Positions 1-15,609 of a stretch of DNA of 64,000 nucleotides are shown piece after piece (positions within the stretch are counted from its first letter, which is position 1; every line of letters begins with the position of its first letter). A program made the position numbers and the translations under genes. The notes beneath the pieces were generated by a model. The model saw nothing but the letters and a program-made list of their open reading frames with translations. It had not been told where the DNA came from and made no database searches. This stretch comes from the human T2T-CHM13v2.0 reference genome, Homo sapiens, in NCBI RefSeq assembly GCF_009914755.1, contig NC_060935.1. One strand, written 5' to 3'.

Positions 1-3993
<3,993 letters not shown>

Positions 3994-4149
3994 AATGCCA
4001 AATGAATATTTGGATCTAAACAAAGATATCAGAAGGACTGGAAATAAGTAAATATATAATACTTTTATTTAAGTGAGTATAAAATACTTTTTTTCTCATT
4101 TTGTAAAAATAAAGTCATTAATGGTGAGAAAGAGAATAGAGGAAAAATG

Positions 4150-5575
4150 CAGAATTTGGCGCATGATGGATATATTTTTTGTCTTGATTGTATTAATGGT
4201 TTCCAAAGTATATATGAAGGGACTTCAAAAAGTTTGTGGAAAAATGGAATTAAAACATAAAACCATAAACATTATTTCAAAACATAAGCTCCATCAAGTT
4301 CAAGACACTTTTGTGAGTGATGATACCAGCCATTCAGTCCATTCTTAAAGAACTGAGGGTCCTGGGAATTTAACTATGTCAGTAGTCTTTTTTACTTTAA
4401 CTGAAGAAAAATAGTGACATTTACAGATTTTGTATTAAGATTGGGAGACAAAAAAGAGTTGGAGGAGCCAAATCAGGACTGTAAGATGGGCACATAATGA
4501 TTTTCCATCGAAACTCTTGCAAAAATACCCTTGTTAGATGAGAGGCATAAGCAGGAGCTTGTCGTGGTGGAAAATGCCTCACTGATGAAGATTTCCCAGA
4601 CATTTTTTTCTGCCAAATCTTTGGATACATTTCTCAAAACAGTCATAATAAGCAGATGTTGTTCTTTGGCCCTCCAGAAGGTCAACAAACAAAATGCCTT
4701 GAGCATCCCAAAAAGCTATTGTCATGACCTTTGCTCTTGACTTGACCCCTTATGCTTTCACTTCATCACTTCGACTTGCTAGCCATTGCTTTGATTGTGC
4801 TTTTTCTTCCGGATCATACTGGTAAAACCGTGTTTCATTGCCTGTCATAATTTGTTGAAGAAATCCTTCAGGATTATGATCGCACTTGTTTAAAATTTCC
4901 ATTGAAAGCTCTGCTCTTTGCAACTGATTTTGGCATAGCAGTTTTGGAACCCATAGAGTGGAAAGTTTGCTCAACTTTAATTTTTTAGTCAGAACTGTGT
5001 CAGCTGAACCAATTGAAATGTCTGTGGTATTGGCTATTGTTGTGCTGTTAATCGTTAGTCCTCTTTAATTAGGGCATGAACAAGATGAGGTTTTTTCCCT
5101 GCAAATCGATGCGGATGGTCTGCAGCTGCAGCCTTCATCGTCAACATCATCTCGTCCTTCCTTGAAATTAGTTATCCATTTGTAAAGTGCTGATTTCTTT
5201 GGGACATTGTCCCCATAAACTAGTCTCAAAGCATCAATGATTTTATCATTCTTCAACCCAAGCTTTACCATAAATTTGATGGTTTTTCTTACTTCAATTT
5301 TAGCAGAATTCACCTTCTCTAATGGGGCTCTTTCTAAACAGCTAACTGTGCTTCTTAGTGCCTCAAACTAGATCTTGTTAAGACAAATTAGTATAAGTTT
5401 ATTTTGGTGCAGAAAAGTTTTGGAAGTTATGCATGGTTTTTTTCACAATACACTTTTACCGTGAACTTTTTAAAGACTCCTTGTACCTCTGTAAAATATT
5501 ACCAAATTACATGCATTAAGTATGGGCAGTTTGTTATGTGTCTGTTATACCTGAATAAAGCTATTTCTAAGAAAA
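4150..5575 (+). mobile_element. Old L1M (L1MC/ME-like) 3' end, split by Hsmar2
   Basis: GATGGATATATT...GTCTTGATTGT before Hsmar2, and ...TTATACCTGAATAAAGCT after it, resemble an L1M 3' end. Confidence 0.6.
4215..5483 (-). mobile_element. Hsmar2 mariner DNA transposon, near full length, dead transposase
   Basis: Imperfect TIRs (TGAAGGGACTTCAAAAAGTT / AACTTTTTAAAGACTCCTTG) flanked by TA. Minus-strand fragments read MNSAKIE..., WVPKLL, TGNET...YDPE and YSPDLAP. Confidence 0.92.
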
Positions 5576-5894
5576 ATGGAATTTCAGTTAGTAAATTCAT
5601 GTTCAAGTACAATTCTGCTGTTTTTTAAATAATTTCAGCAACTTGTTTGTACATTACCTCCTCTTTTATGAAATAACGGTGACACTTGACCTTGTGAAAG
5701 TCTTTTCAAAACATATCATGACCCTAATTTTATAAGTAAGAGATAGGAGACTAGGTTGACACACAGATTTCTAACCTAGTAACAAAAATAATAATAATCA
5801 AACTTCCTTCCTTTTACTTTGGTTTCCCTAGCAATTCTGATGTAATAAAATTTGAGATATTTTATCTAGAAGACTGTATGTTACTGTGGTCATC

Positions 5895-7077
5895 TCTCAG
5901 GCCTCATCTGACTTGCCTCATCAATAGCACTTGATATCATTGATCATTCCTTCTTCCCCGATATACTTTCTTCCCTTGGTTTCCAGGATACTACCTTCTT
6001 GGTGTTCTCCTAACTAGCCACTTTATCTTATTCTTCTTTGCTAGTTCTTACTTATTTACTCAAACTTTTAATAGACGTGTCTTTGGACTCAGACTTTATA
6101 ACTCCTCTGTTCCTGTTCTCTCGCTGATCACGTCTGCCCCAAGGATGTCAGTAGTATGTATATGCTGATGACTTTCAAATTTATAATCTACTTGGACCTA
6201 TCCAGAGCTGCTATTGCCTTCTGTACATCTAACTCCTGCAATTGTATATCCAGCTCCCTACAGTACATATTACTTTAGTCTATTGGAGATCTCAAACATC
6301 ACATGTTCAAAACCAAACTCCTGAACTGCTCTCCCCAAGCCTGTTCCTTTTTCAGCCTTTCCCATCTCAGTTAATATCAACTCACATCTTCTGTTTGCTC
6401 AAGCCTAAACCAAGGATTCATCCTTAACCCTTTATCTCCTATACTCTCCTTCAATATCTCAGGAAATACAAATATACTACTTTGAACATAAATTGTTTAT
6501 TGCTTGGCCTCCCTGTTTCTACCTTTGCTTCTCTTCAGTCTGATCTCACCAAAATATTCAGTGAGCCTCTTCAAATGTAAGTCAGATCATGTCACTCATC
6601 TAAACTCAAAACTCTCCAGAAGACAAAGGCCACAGTCCGTATAAGGACTTTAAAGGCCCTAGCTAATATTCTGTTACCTCCCCTTTACCTGTCTGACCTC
6701 ATTACTTAATATCTCCCCCTGACTTTATTCTGTTTATATGAACTGCCTTGCTTGCTAGGCATGCTCCAAAATTAGGGCCATTGGATTTGCTGTTGCCTTG
6801 GCTAAGAACTTTTTTGCTTCTCTCAGACTTTGCTCAAATGTTGCCATCTCAGCAGGGCCTAATCTAACTACCCTAATAAATGTTACAACGTCCTACTCCC
6901 ACTCCCCAGGCCTCATAATCCTGTTAGCTGCCTTATTTTTCTCCATAACCTTACTGTCACCTGATATGCTTTATAATTTACTTCTGTATTAGTTCATTGT
7001 GTTTCTTCCGTACAAGTCTTTTCTGTTTTATTCATTGCTATATTTCTATTGCTTATTACAGTGGATGACAAATGAAT
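5895..7077 (+). mobile_element. L2 LINE relic
   Basis: Degenerate L2 RT and 3' sequence (TCACATGTTCAAAACCAAACTCCTG; AAGTCAGATCATGTCACTC), ending in ...GAAT. Confidence 0.8.
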
Positions 7078-7107
7078 CCTTACTATATATGAAAAGTCTG
7101 AGGAAAC

Positions 7108-7563
7108 ATGATACCCAAATATTTGGTCAAATATTATTCTAGGTGTTCCTGTGAGAGTGTTTTGAAAGGAATTAACATTTAATTTGGTAGACTGAGTAAA
7201 GTAGATTGCCCTCCCTAATTTGGGTGGGCCTCAGCCAGTCAGCAGAAGACCTCAATAAAACAAAAACGCTGACCATCCCGAGTCAGAGAAATTTTCCTGC
7301 CTGTTTTTGAACTTGGTAATTGGCTTTTTCCTGCCATATGACTCCTACTGAAACATCAGCTCTTCCTGGGTCTTGAGCCTGCCAGCCTGCAAATTGGAAT
7401 TACACCTAGGTTCTCCTGGTTCTCAGACCAATGGACCTTGACTAGAACTACACTATTAACTGTCCGAGGTCTCCAGCCTGCCAACTTATCCTGCAGGTCT
7501 TTGGATTTGCCCACATCTATAATTATATGAGACAGTTTCTTACAATAAATCTCTTTGCACACA

Positions 7564-7607
<44 letters not shown>

Positions 7608-7644
7608 ATTGGTTCAGTTTCTCTAGAGAGCCTTAAATAATACA
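7108..7644 (+). mobile_element. MLT2 (ERVL) LTR containing (CA)n at 7557-7603
   Basis: GGTAGACTGAGTAAAGTAGATTGCCCTCC and terminal CCTATTGGTTCAGTTTCTCTAGAGAGCC...AATACA. Confidence 0.85.
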
Positions 7645-7662
7645 GTTTTTAATGTTTTAAAG

Positions 7663-8151
7663 CAGGGGCCCCCAACCCCCAGCCATGGATCAGTACTGGA
7701 ACAGGGCCTCACAGCAGGAGGTGAGCAGCAGGCAACTAAACAAAGCTTCATCTGTATTTACAGCTGCTCCCCATTGCTTGTATTACTGCCTGAGCTCTAC
7801 CTCCTGTCAAATCAGTGGTGGCATCAGATTCTCATAGGAGCATGAACCCTATTGTGAACTGCCTATGCAGAGGATCTAGGTTATGCACTCCGAATGAGAA
7901 TCTAATGCCTGAAGATCTGCCACTGTCTCCCATCACCCCTGTCTAGCTGCAGGAAAACAAGCTCAGGGCTCCCAGTAATTCTATATTATGGTCAGTTATA
8001 TAATTATTTCATTGTATATCAGTGTAATAATGATAGAAATAAAATGCACAATAAATGTAATGCTCTTGAATCATCCAGAAACCATCCGAGTCTGTGGAAA
8101 AACTGTCTTCCATAAACCAGACCCTGGTGCCAAAAAGGTTGGGGACTGCTG
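7663..8151. mobile_element. MER1A-like hAT-Charlie non-autonomous element
   Basis: TIRs CAGGGGCCCCCAACC / GGTTGGGGACTGCTG; degenerate 8-bp TSD TTTTAAAG / CGTTAAAG. Confidence 0.85.
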
Positions 8152-8239
8152 CGTTAAAGGATTCTCTTGCTCTAGAATAGCATAGGTTTGGTTTTGTTTT
8201 AAAGTTGTTATTTTTCTCTGGCTTTCTTCCATCCTCTTC

Positions 8240-8615
8240 CCCAGCTTTATTGAGATGTAATTGATGAATAGAAATTTATATATTTTATATATATGAATTA
8301 TTTTATATGTATATAAAAAGTATATAACATGATTTGGTATATGTATACATTGTGAAACAATTACCACAATCAAATTAATTAACACATCTATCACCATACA
8401 TAGTTACCATTTTTGGTGTGGAAGGAACACTTTAGATGTACTGTTTTAGCAAATTTTAAATATACAATGCAATATTATTAACTATAGTCACTATACTGTA
8501 CATTAGATCCTCAGAACTTACTCATCTGATAACTGAAGTTTTATAGCCTTTGACAAACATCTCTTCATTTCTTCCACCCTCCAGCCCATCACAACTACCC
8601 ACTCTGCTGTCTCTA
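8240..8615 (-). mobile_element. L1MA-type 3' end fragment
   Basis: CAGCTTTATTGAGATGTAATTG...ATTACCACAATCAAATTAATTAACACATCTATCACC. Confidence 0.75.
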
Positions 8616-8947
8616 GTTTTGAACTAAGGAATGTGTTCTAGTGTCATCATATCCATTATGCTTTATCTTGTGCATTTAGAATGTATTATCAAAGATATTA
8701 TTGCTGAGACAAAAACCAAATTGTCTTAAGCATTAGATTTGTTTTTATGTAGCATTTCAGATTTTATATTCAATATGTTAACCGTAAAGTTGAATGTGTG
8801 ATCTTTAGGAAAAATTAACTTGTTTGCTTTCAATGTCATTATTTGCTTTTAAATAAAGCCACTTACACAGATGAGTACCGAAAGTAGTCAAAGCGCCTGT
8901 ATGCTAAATAATCTACAAAGTTAACATTTCCCTAAATTAATAAAATT

Positions 8948-9144
8948 TATCTGAGGGGGATATCCGTGGGGACGAGAAATGATTTGACTATAATGTGCTA
9001 TGTACGATGAATGACTATATGTGCTATGTACTATCAAGGATTTGTAGGGTCGGTTGATATGCAAGGGGTATAGGATTGTCTTTGAAGGGTTCAATGTAAT
9101 GTGTGACAGTTCGTTAAGTTATTCTAGTTCTTGCTTGTGAGCAT
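8948..9144 (-). pseudogene. NUMT: nuclear copy of the mitochondrial control region (HVS-I, roughly rCRS 16194-16388)
   Basis: The reverse complement reads ATGCTCACAAGCAAG...GTACATAGCACATTATAGTCAAATCATTTCTCGTCCCCACGGATATCCCCCTCAGATA. This is colinear with the human D-loop ATGCTTACAAGCAAG...GTACATAGCACATTACAGTCAAATCCCTTCTCGTCCCCATGGATGACCCCCCTCAGATA. Confidence 0.92.
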
Positions 9145-12100
9145 TTTTAAACTATTTGAATTTTGATTATGTTTTCATATTTCACACTGCTCTAATCTGA
9201 AAATATATCTGGTTTTGGACTTAATACAGTCATTTCACCTGTTAGTAATATTTCTTAAATTCCTAATATTGTCATTTTATATTTCTTACATATTTGTTAT
9301 GGAATAATAAAACTATTTGATTTTTTGGTACACTTACAGTGTTGTACAAACACTGTGATTAGAAGAATAATATGCCATTCTCATTTTACTATGAAAAAGT
9401 ACAAAAGTATTGTTTTTAACATAATATATATATTAATGTGGTCCAGTTTTTGTGTAAGTTTAGAATATACTATATTTAAAAAGTAAGACTTATGAAAATT
9501 TAATTATATTCTTCATAACACCAGTGCAAAGAGATTTCTAACATCTCTCTGAGAAGAATAAACAAAATATTTTTGTAATGTAAAAAATGATATTGAATAC
9601 CAATACAGATAAGTAGGGTTTTCTACATAATATTCACATAGGATTTCAGTATGCAGACCTCAATTACAGTTATACTTAGAACTTTATTTTCATCAAATAG
9701 TCCAACAATGAATGACCAAAACCAAGGAGTTAACAGTGTTTAAGAGATACAGTGTAGGGGGAAAATGCTGTAATTGTTTGGTTTTAATTTTATGATATAT
9801 GATTGGGAATTTCTAGAACCTATAACCAACGCAAATATTTCTGTACAAGAATAGGGAAAAGACAGTCTTATAGACCATAATTATCTTAAAGCTGTGTATA
9901 ACTAGAAGACAAGTAAAAGATAAAAAGCCCATCAGCTGCCTAAGATATATAACCACCCAGCAATTTATCCATCATCCTTTGAAAACATATTCATGCCTAT
10001 TGTAGTCAAAGCTCCTTTAGGAAGTCAGCATTAAGATGTAATGGTGAAAAATTACACCCCTTAGAAAATCATATAGAACAATATACATGATGTTATTAAA
10101 GCTTTTAAAAACACATATAAGTATTTTTCAGTTAGCTTTCTTGTCTAAAGAAATTTTCTTCATCATCTCCAATGTAATGATGAGTATTTTCCATGAAAAC
10201 TTTCTATGGAATGTTTTATAAAATAGTAAAAATTACATTTTTCTGTTAAAAGATTTAAACATTTATTAGTAGACTGATTTTTTATGAAATAAATTATATA
10301 CACGTGCACACACAATTTTTATAGAGCTTGAAGACATTAAGATTTTTATATCCTTTTCATAATTTTTAATAAGTTATGTGTTAGTATTTTTAGAACTGAA
10401 GAAAATAAAAGGATTTTCAGAAGTAAATTTAAATGCTGTTTCATAATATGCCAAAGTCAGTTTTAAAACTTAATTTGAATATTAGCTAGTGATGACATTT
10501 CAGATAGGTAGTATTCCTGCAGGAAGAAGTATCTAAGATCGAGAGCAAAACATAAATTGTTGCATTAACTTTCGAATTATCTGTTATTGAGTATGCACTG
10601 TCCAGCATCAGCTACAATAAAAAGAAAGTAGGAGGCTAGGGTGCTTTAAACATGCTGAAAAGTTGTGTTTTTAAAATTTTACTCAGGATAGGTACATGAT
10701 TATCAGCATATTAGAACTACCTTGATGTTTACTAAAAGCTTATAGTATATAATATTTTAACATCAAATATAACAGCAAATGAATAATTCAAATTTAATCA
10801 ATTAAGCTGAAACTTCCCACAATTAATATCTAGAAAATCTTTCATAATTGAAAATGAATACTCACTTTGAAATAAACCAGAAGTCTGAGAATAAAGAGTT
10901 CATTAAAAGTAAACCATATCATATTTTATGAATTGATGCAGCAACAGAACATTTAGTAATAAAGCAATACATATAACATGTTAAAATTTAGACTAACATC
11001 TTTTAAATTTTTTTTATGGACTTTAAGGTCCATAAGTGAAAGTTAAAATAATATCTTAATAATTCGAAGGGTTTATATTATACCACAAAATACCAGACTT
11101 ACCCAAATATTGAACTCATTTGTTAGGATCTGATTCATTGTACCTTATATATTTTGCTTTATTTGATTCTTTAGTTTTAACCAGTATCAAAGATATTAGT
11201 TGATGTAGAATTAGCTAAAGCAATATTATTTGCTAAATGATGTAAAGTTTGAATTATTATTATAAAGTTTTCTTTTCCTTCTGTCATTTTGGTATCAAGA
11301 TATAAATGTTTGTTTTTGGCACCTATCTGTTATTCACTGAACAGAGAACAAAAATTAGAAGTCTGAACACAGTGAGTAGTCAGTTGTTTGCTTTTACTGC
11401 ATTGTAGTATAGTTTGGTCTTTCTGAGTGAGTAGAATCCAGAAATACCTCAGGTGCAACTATTGTTTTCCTAGTTCTGCCAAAAAATGGGACAGTTATAA
11501 GAATGAAGTTAAAGTAATAACCCTTAATTGACCAAATATACCATTGAACATTTTTACTTTATTAAACTCCAAAGTTGTAATCATATACAGATTCAGAACA
11601 AAAGCCATACAGTGTATCATGTTATAAACAATTAAAAATTACTTTCTGACCGTTGGTATCAGTCTTCTTTGCAAGATTTAGTATACTTAATACCTTATAA
11701 ATAATTTTTTTCCACACATTTTTACTTTTCCTAGACTATATAATGGTATTTATTATATTTCCTTAAAACTATTTTAGCACTATATATCTTTTGTTCATCA
11801 TATAAATACAACTATTAGGAGAGTCCTTTGAAGGCAGAGCTATAATCAGAATATTTTCCCTTTTTTGTCAATATTTTATTTGTTCAGAAAGTTATCAGGC
11901 TATCTATACACTTTTCAGTGCTTACTACTCTGAAGTGTTAGTTGAGCCGGAAATTTGCTGTTTGACCCCAGGGTTTCACTCTTTTTTTTTTTCTTCCTGG
12001 CTACTGTGAGAGCTTATTTAAAATTCTAAGTTCTCCCTTGGCAGTCACAGTTAGAGCTTCTTTGGCAAAGTAAAAAGACTAAAAAAAAACATGCAAAGGC

Positions 12101-12404
12101 TCAGTACTGCTTCCAGTGACCTACATTTCTAGCCAGCTTTTAAAGATGGCATGTGCCTGATTTTCTAGTAAGGAAATGAAGGATAAGATAAAAATTAAAA
12201 TGTACAGGAGAATAAACCGACTCTCCAACTCTCTATCACTAGCTAGTGAGAACCATTGCTGCTATATTAATATAAACACATTTAGCATTGATGTTTATTC
12301 ATCAATCAACAAAAGGAATTTTGCATGCAGAAAAGTTGTCTAAGTCATACAGCAAAAATGCTATGCCCTGTGATAGGACGTTTATTCTCAAGAAAGTAAA
12401 ACTT

Positions 12405-12545
12405 ATTTGGAATCCAAGCTTAGATTTTAATTTCTATGTTACCACTTAACTAGCTGCAAGACCCTGCCTAAGTCACTTAGCCTTTTATATTAAGAGAGGA
12501 GTGATACTTACCCTGCCTACCTTATTCCGGAGTTCCAAATTAAAA
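12405..12545 (+). mobile_element. MIR fragment
   Basis: CCACTTAACTAGCTGCAAGACCCTGCCTAAGTCACTTA core. Confidence 0.65.
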
Positions 12546-13435
12546 ATGAAATATCAGGTTTTCCATTCTAAATCTTAAAGCATTTATTTTAGTCCTCCAA
12601 TTTAATTTAAGAAATTTTGTTTTGAACCCATAAAAATGAATAACCCATTCTTAGATGATTATTGTTATGTTCAAAAGAAATAATAAAATATAGCACTTTG
12701 TCATCATTGAAAAGAAGCCACCAAAGTCAGAATTGGGAATATTAAAAACAAAGTTCATTTTTCTTCTGAATACTTATTTTTTCAGAAGAAAAGATATTCA
12801 ATCCTTTTGAGAGGGATAAATGACCTCAAATTCTGAAAACCAGAGGCATTAAAACTAAAAGAAAATACATTTTGTCAGCTCCCCAAATTAACATATTATC
12901 CCACTAAATGCAACATTAAAGGATGCCACGAAAGGAAAAAGGCAGCACACTGTCAAGGGTCAAATTAAATAGATGAGCTGTGAAGATTTATTTTGTACAA
13001 AAGGATAACTTTACTGTGGAAACCCCAAAGAAGATAGAGCTCTCTCTCCAGCTAGTGTTGGGGTGATTCCTTCAGTGGCTAGTGTTTCTTTCCTAAAATT
13101 TTAAGTTTTGCTAATCAGAAACTGACACCTGCAGCAAGTGGCCTTAGTTCACCACGTCTGTCTTTTCAAATTATGATTTGTTAATGAAATCAGAGGCCTT
13201 TGAAATGTGTTTGTTGTTTATATAATATTCATCTTACAGTTTGGCTACATGTCTGAAAGTCTATTAGATTTCAAAAACAGGGTAGATGATATTAAACTAA
13301 GAATAGATTTGAGACCATGAGGTGAAGCTTCTTACCTTTATTCTTTTTAAAACAAAGTATAACATATAGGCTGCTGTAGAATTAAAGACACACTGTTTTA
13401 TGTCTTCACTAGTTACCTCGACTTCTCAGTAATCA

Positions 13436-13786
<351 letters not shown>

Positions 13787-14524
13787 CTATAATTCTAGAT
13801 GTACCACAGTAAATAATTTTCAAATTAAAAAAAAATAAAATGATATCCAATCTTATTAGTGCCCCACAATACCCTAAGCATTTTTGCTTGTGTCCTTTTT
13901 CATAAGCTGGGTTTATTCTGGAAATATAAAAGAAAATGACTTCAAACAAATGAAATTGTTCAAATGTTGTGTGTTCCTGTGCTAGGAATTTAACTGATCT
14001 GGACCCCTTAAATGAAGATAATATCTCACCTCATTCCTAATTTAGGTGTTGACAGTAGATATTTTTGAAGCTTTAGACTACTTCTTTTCCAAAAACTTAA
14101 AAATTCTATGATCTCTGTTTAAGAAATAATAATGATAGTAAAGATCTTTGTTACTATCTTAATTTCTTAAAAGATAATGTACTTATATTTAGTAACATTT
14201 CAGTTATATCAGGTTTTTAGAAATTATTTTAGTTCATATTCAATAGGGACACTTTTAATACTTAAAAGAATTTTGCAGACATAGAATCTTTCTATAACTC
14301 AATATTGTATAACTTGCTTGCCTAATATGAATTATCATCTTTCACATTTTCTTAAACACAGGTTAATATATACCCCTATACAGTAAACATTTACTAAAGG
14401 GCATTACTACACATGGTCTCACTAACTAAACCTGCAAATACCAGTGATTAAGTGGAAAAGTCTATCCACTTTTTAAAATATTTTATAAAATATATTTTAA
14501 TTATTTTCTATTATAAAGACCACA

Positions 14525-14620
14525 TTGTTTTATATATATATAAAACAACGTTGTTTTATATATATATAAAACAACGTTGTTTTATATATATATAAAACAA
14601 CATTGTTTTGTATATATATA
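14525..14620. repeat. 26-bp tandem repeat (3.7 copies) forming a perfect 76-bp palindrome
   Basis: Unit TTGTTTTATATATATATAAAACAACG; 14525-14600 equals its own reverse complement. Confidence 0.97.
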
Positions 14621-14624
14621 CGTA

Positions 14625-14937
14625 CAGTCATGTACCACATAATGTTTCAGTCAACAAGGAACCACATACACAACAGTGGTCCTATAAGGTTCTAATACTG
14701 TATTTTTATGGTACCTTTGCTATATTTAGATACCCAAATATTCCCCATGTGTTATATTTGCCCACAATCTTCTACATTAATAGGCTGTACAGGTTGGTAG
14801 CCTAGCAGCAGTAAGCTATACCATATAGCCTAGGTATGTAGTAGGCTCTACCATCTACCACCTACATTTTTCTAAGTACACTCTGTGATGTTTGCACAGT
14901 GACAGAATCTCATTTCTCCTTAAACAATGCATGACTT
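14625..14937. mobile_element. Tigger3a/MER7-like TcMar element
   Basis: Ends CAGTCATGTACCACATAA and TAAACAATGCATGACT. Confidence 0.8.
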
Positions 14938-15284
14938 TCTATCACCCACACATACTCATGCATGTGTATACATGTATACATAATACACACACACTGAAGT
15001 TTACATGCTTTTATCAGTGGTAGTTACCTAATTAGTAGCTCTTAACTATAGAATTATTTGCAGGTTATTATCTTATATTAACCCTCTATAGTTGTACTGA
15101 GTATACAATATACCCAGAGCCAGATTAAACATTGACAGCATTTAATATATGAACATTACATCATAAAAGAACCTGCCAAAGGAACACTCAAATTTTTATG
15201 GATAGAAATATTAATAGATGCCAAAGTTCATTCTTGTCTCTCTTTGAGCATGGAATTTCTCATTTTAAGCTTTCTTCATAATAA

Positions 15285-15609
<325 letters not shown>

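Noticed and set aside
8984-9031. Apparent tandem duplication TGACTAT(A)ATGTGCTATGTAC
   Set aside because: Corresponds to the native repeated TACATAG motifs of the mitochondrial D-loop inside the NUMT
14525-14620. CRISPR-like array
   Set aside because: No unique spacers, eukaryotic context; it is a simple palindromic tandem repeat
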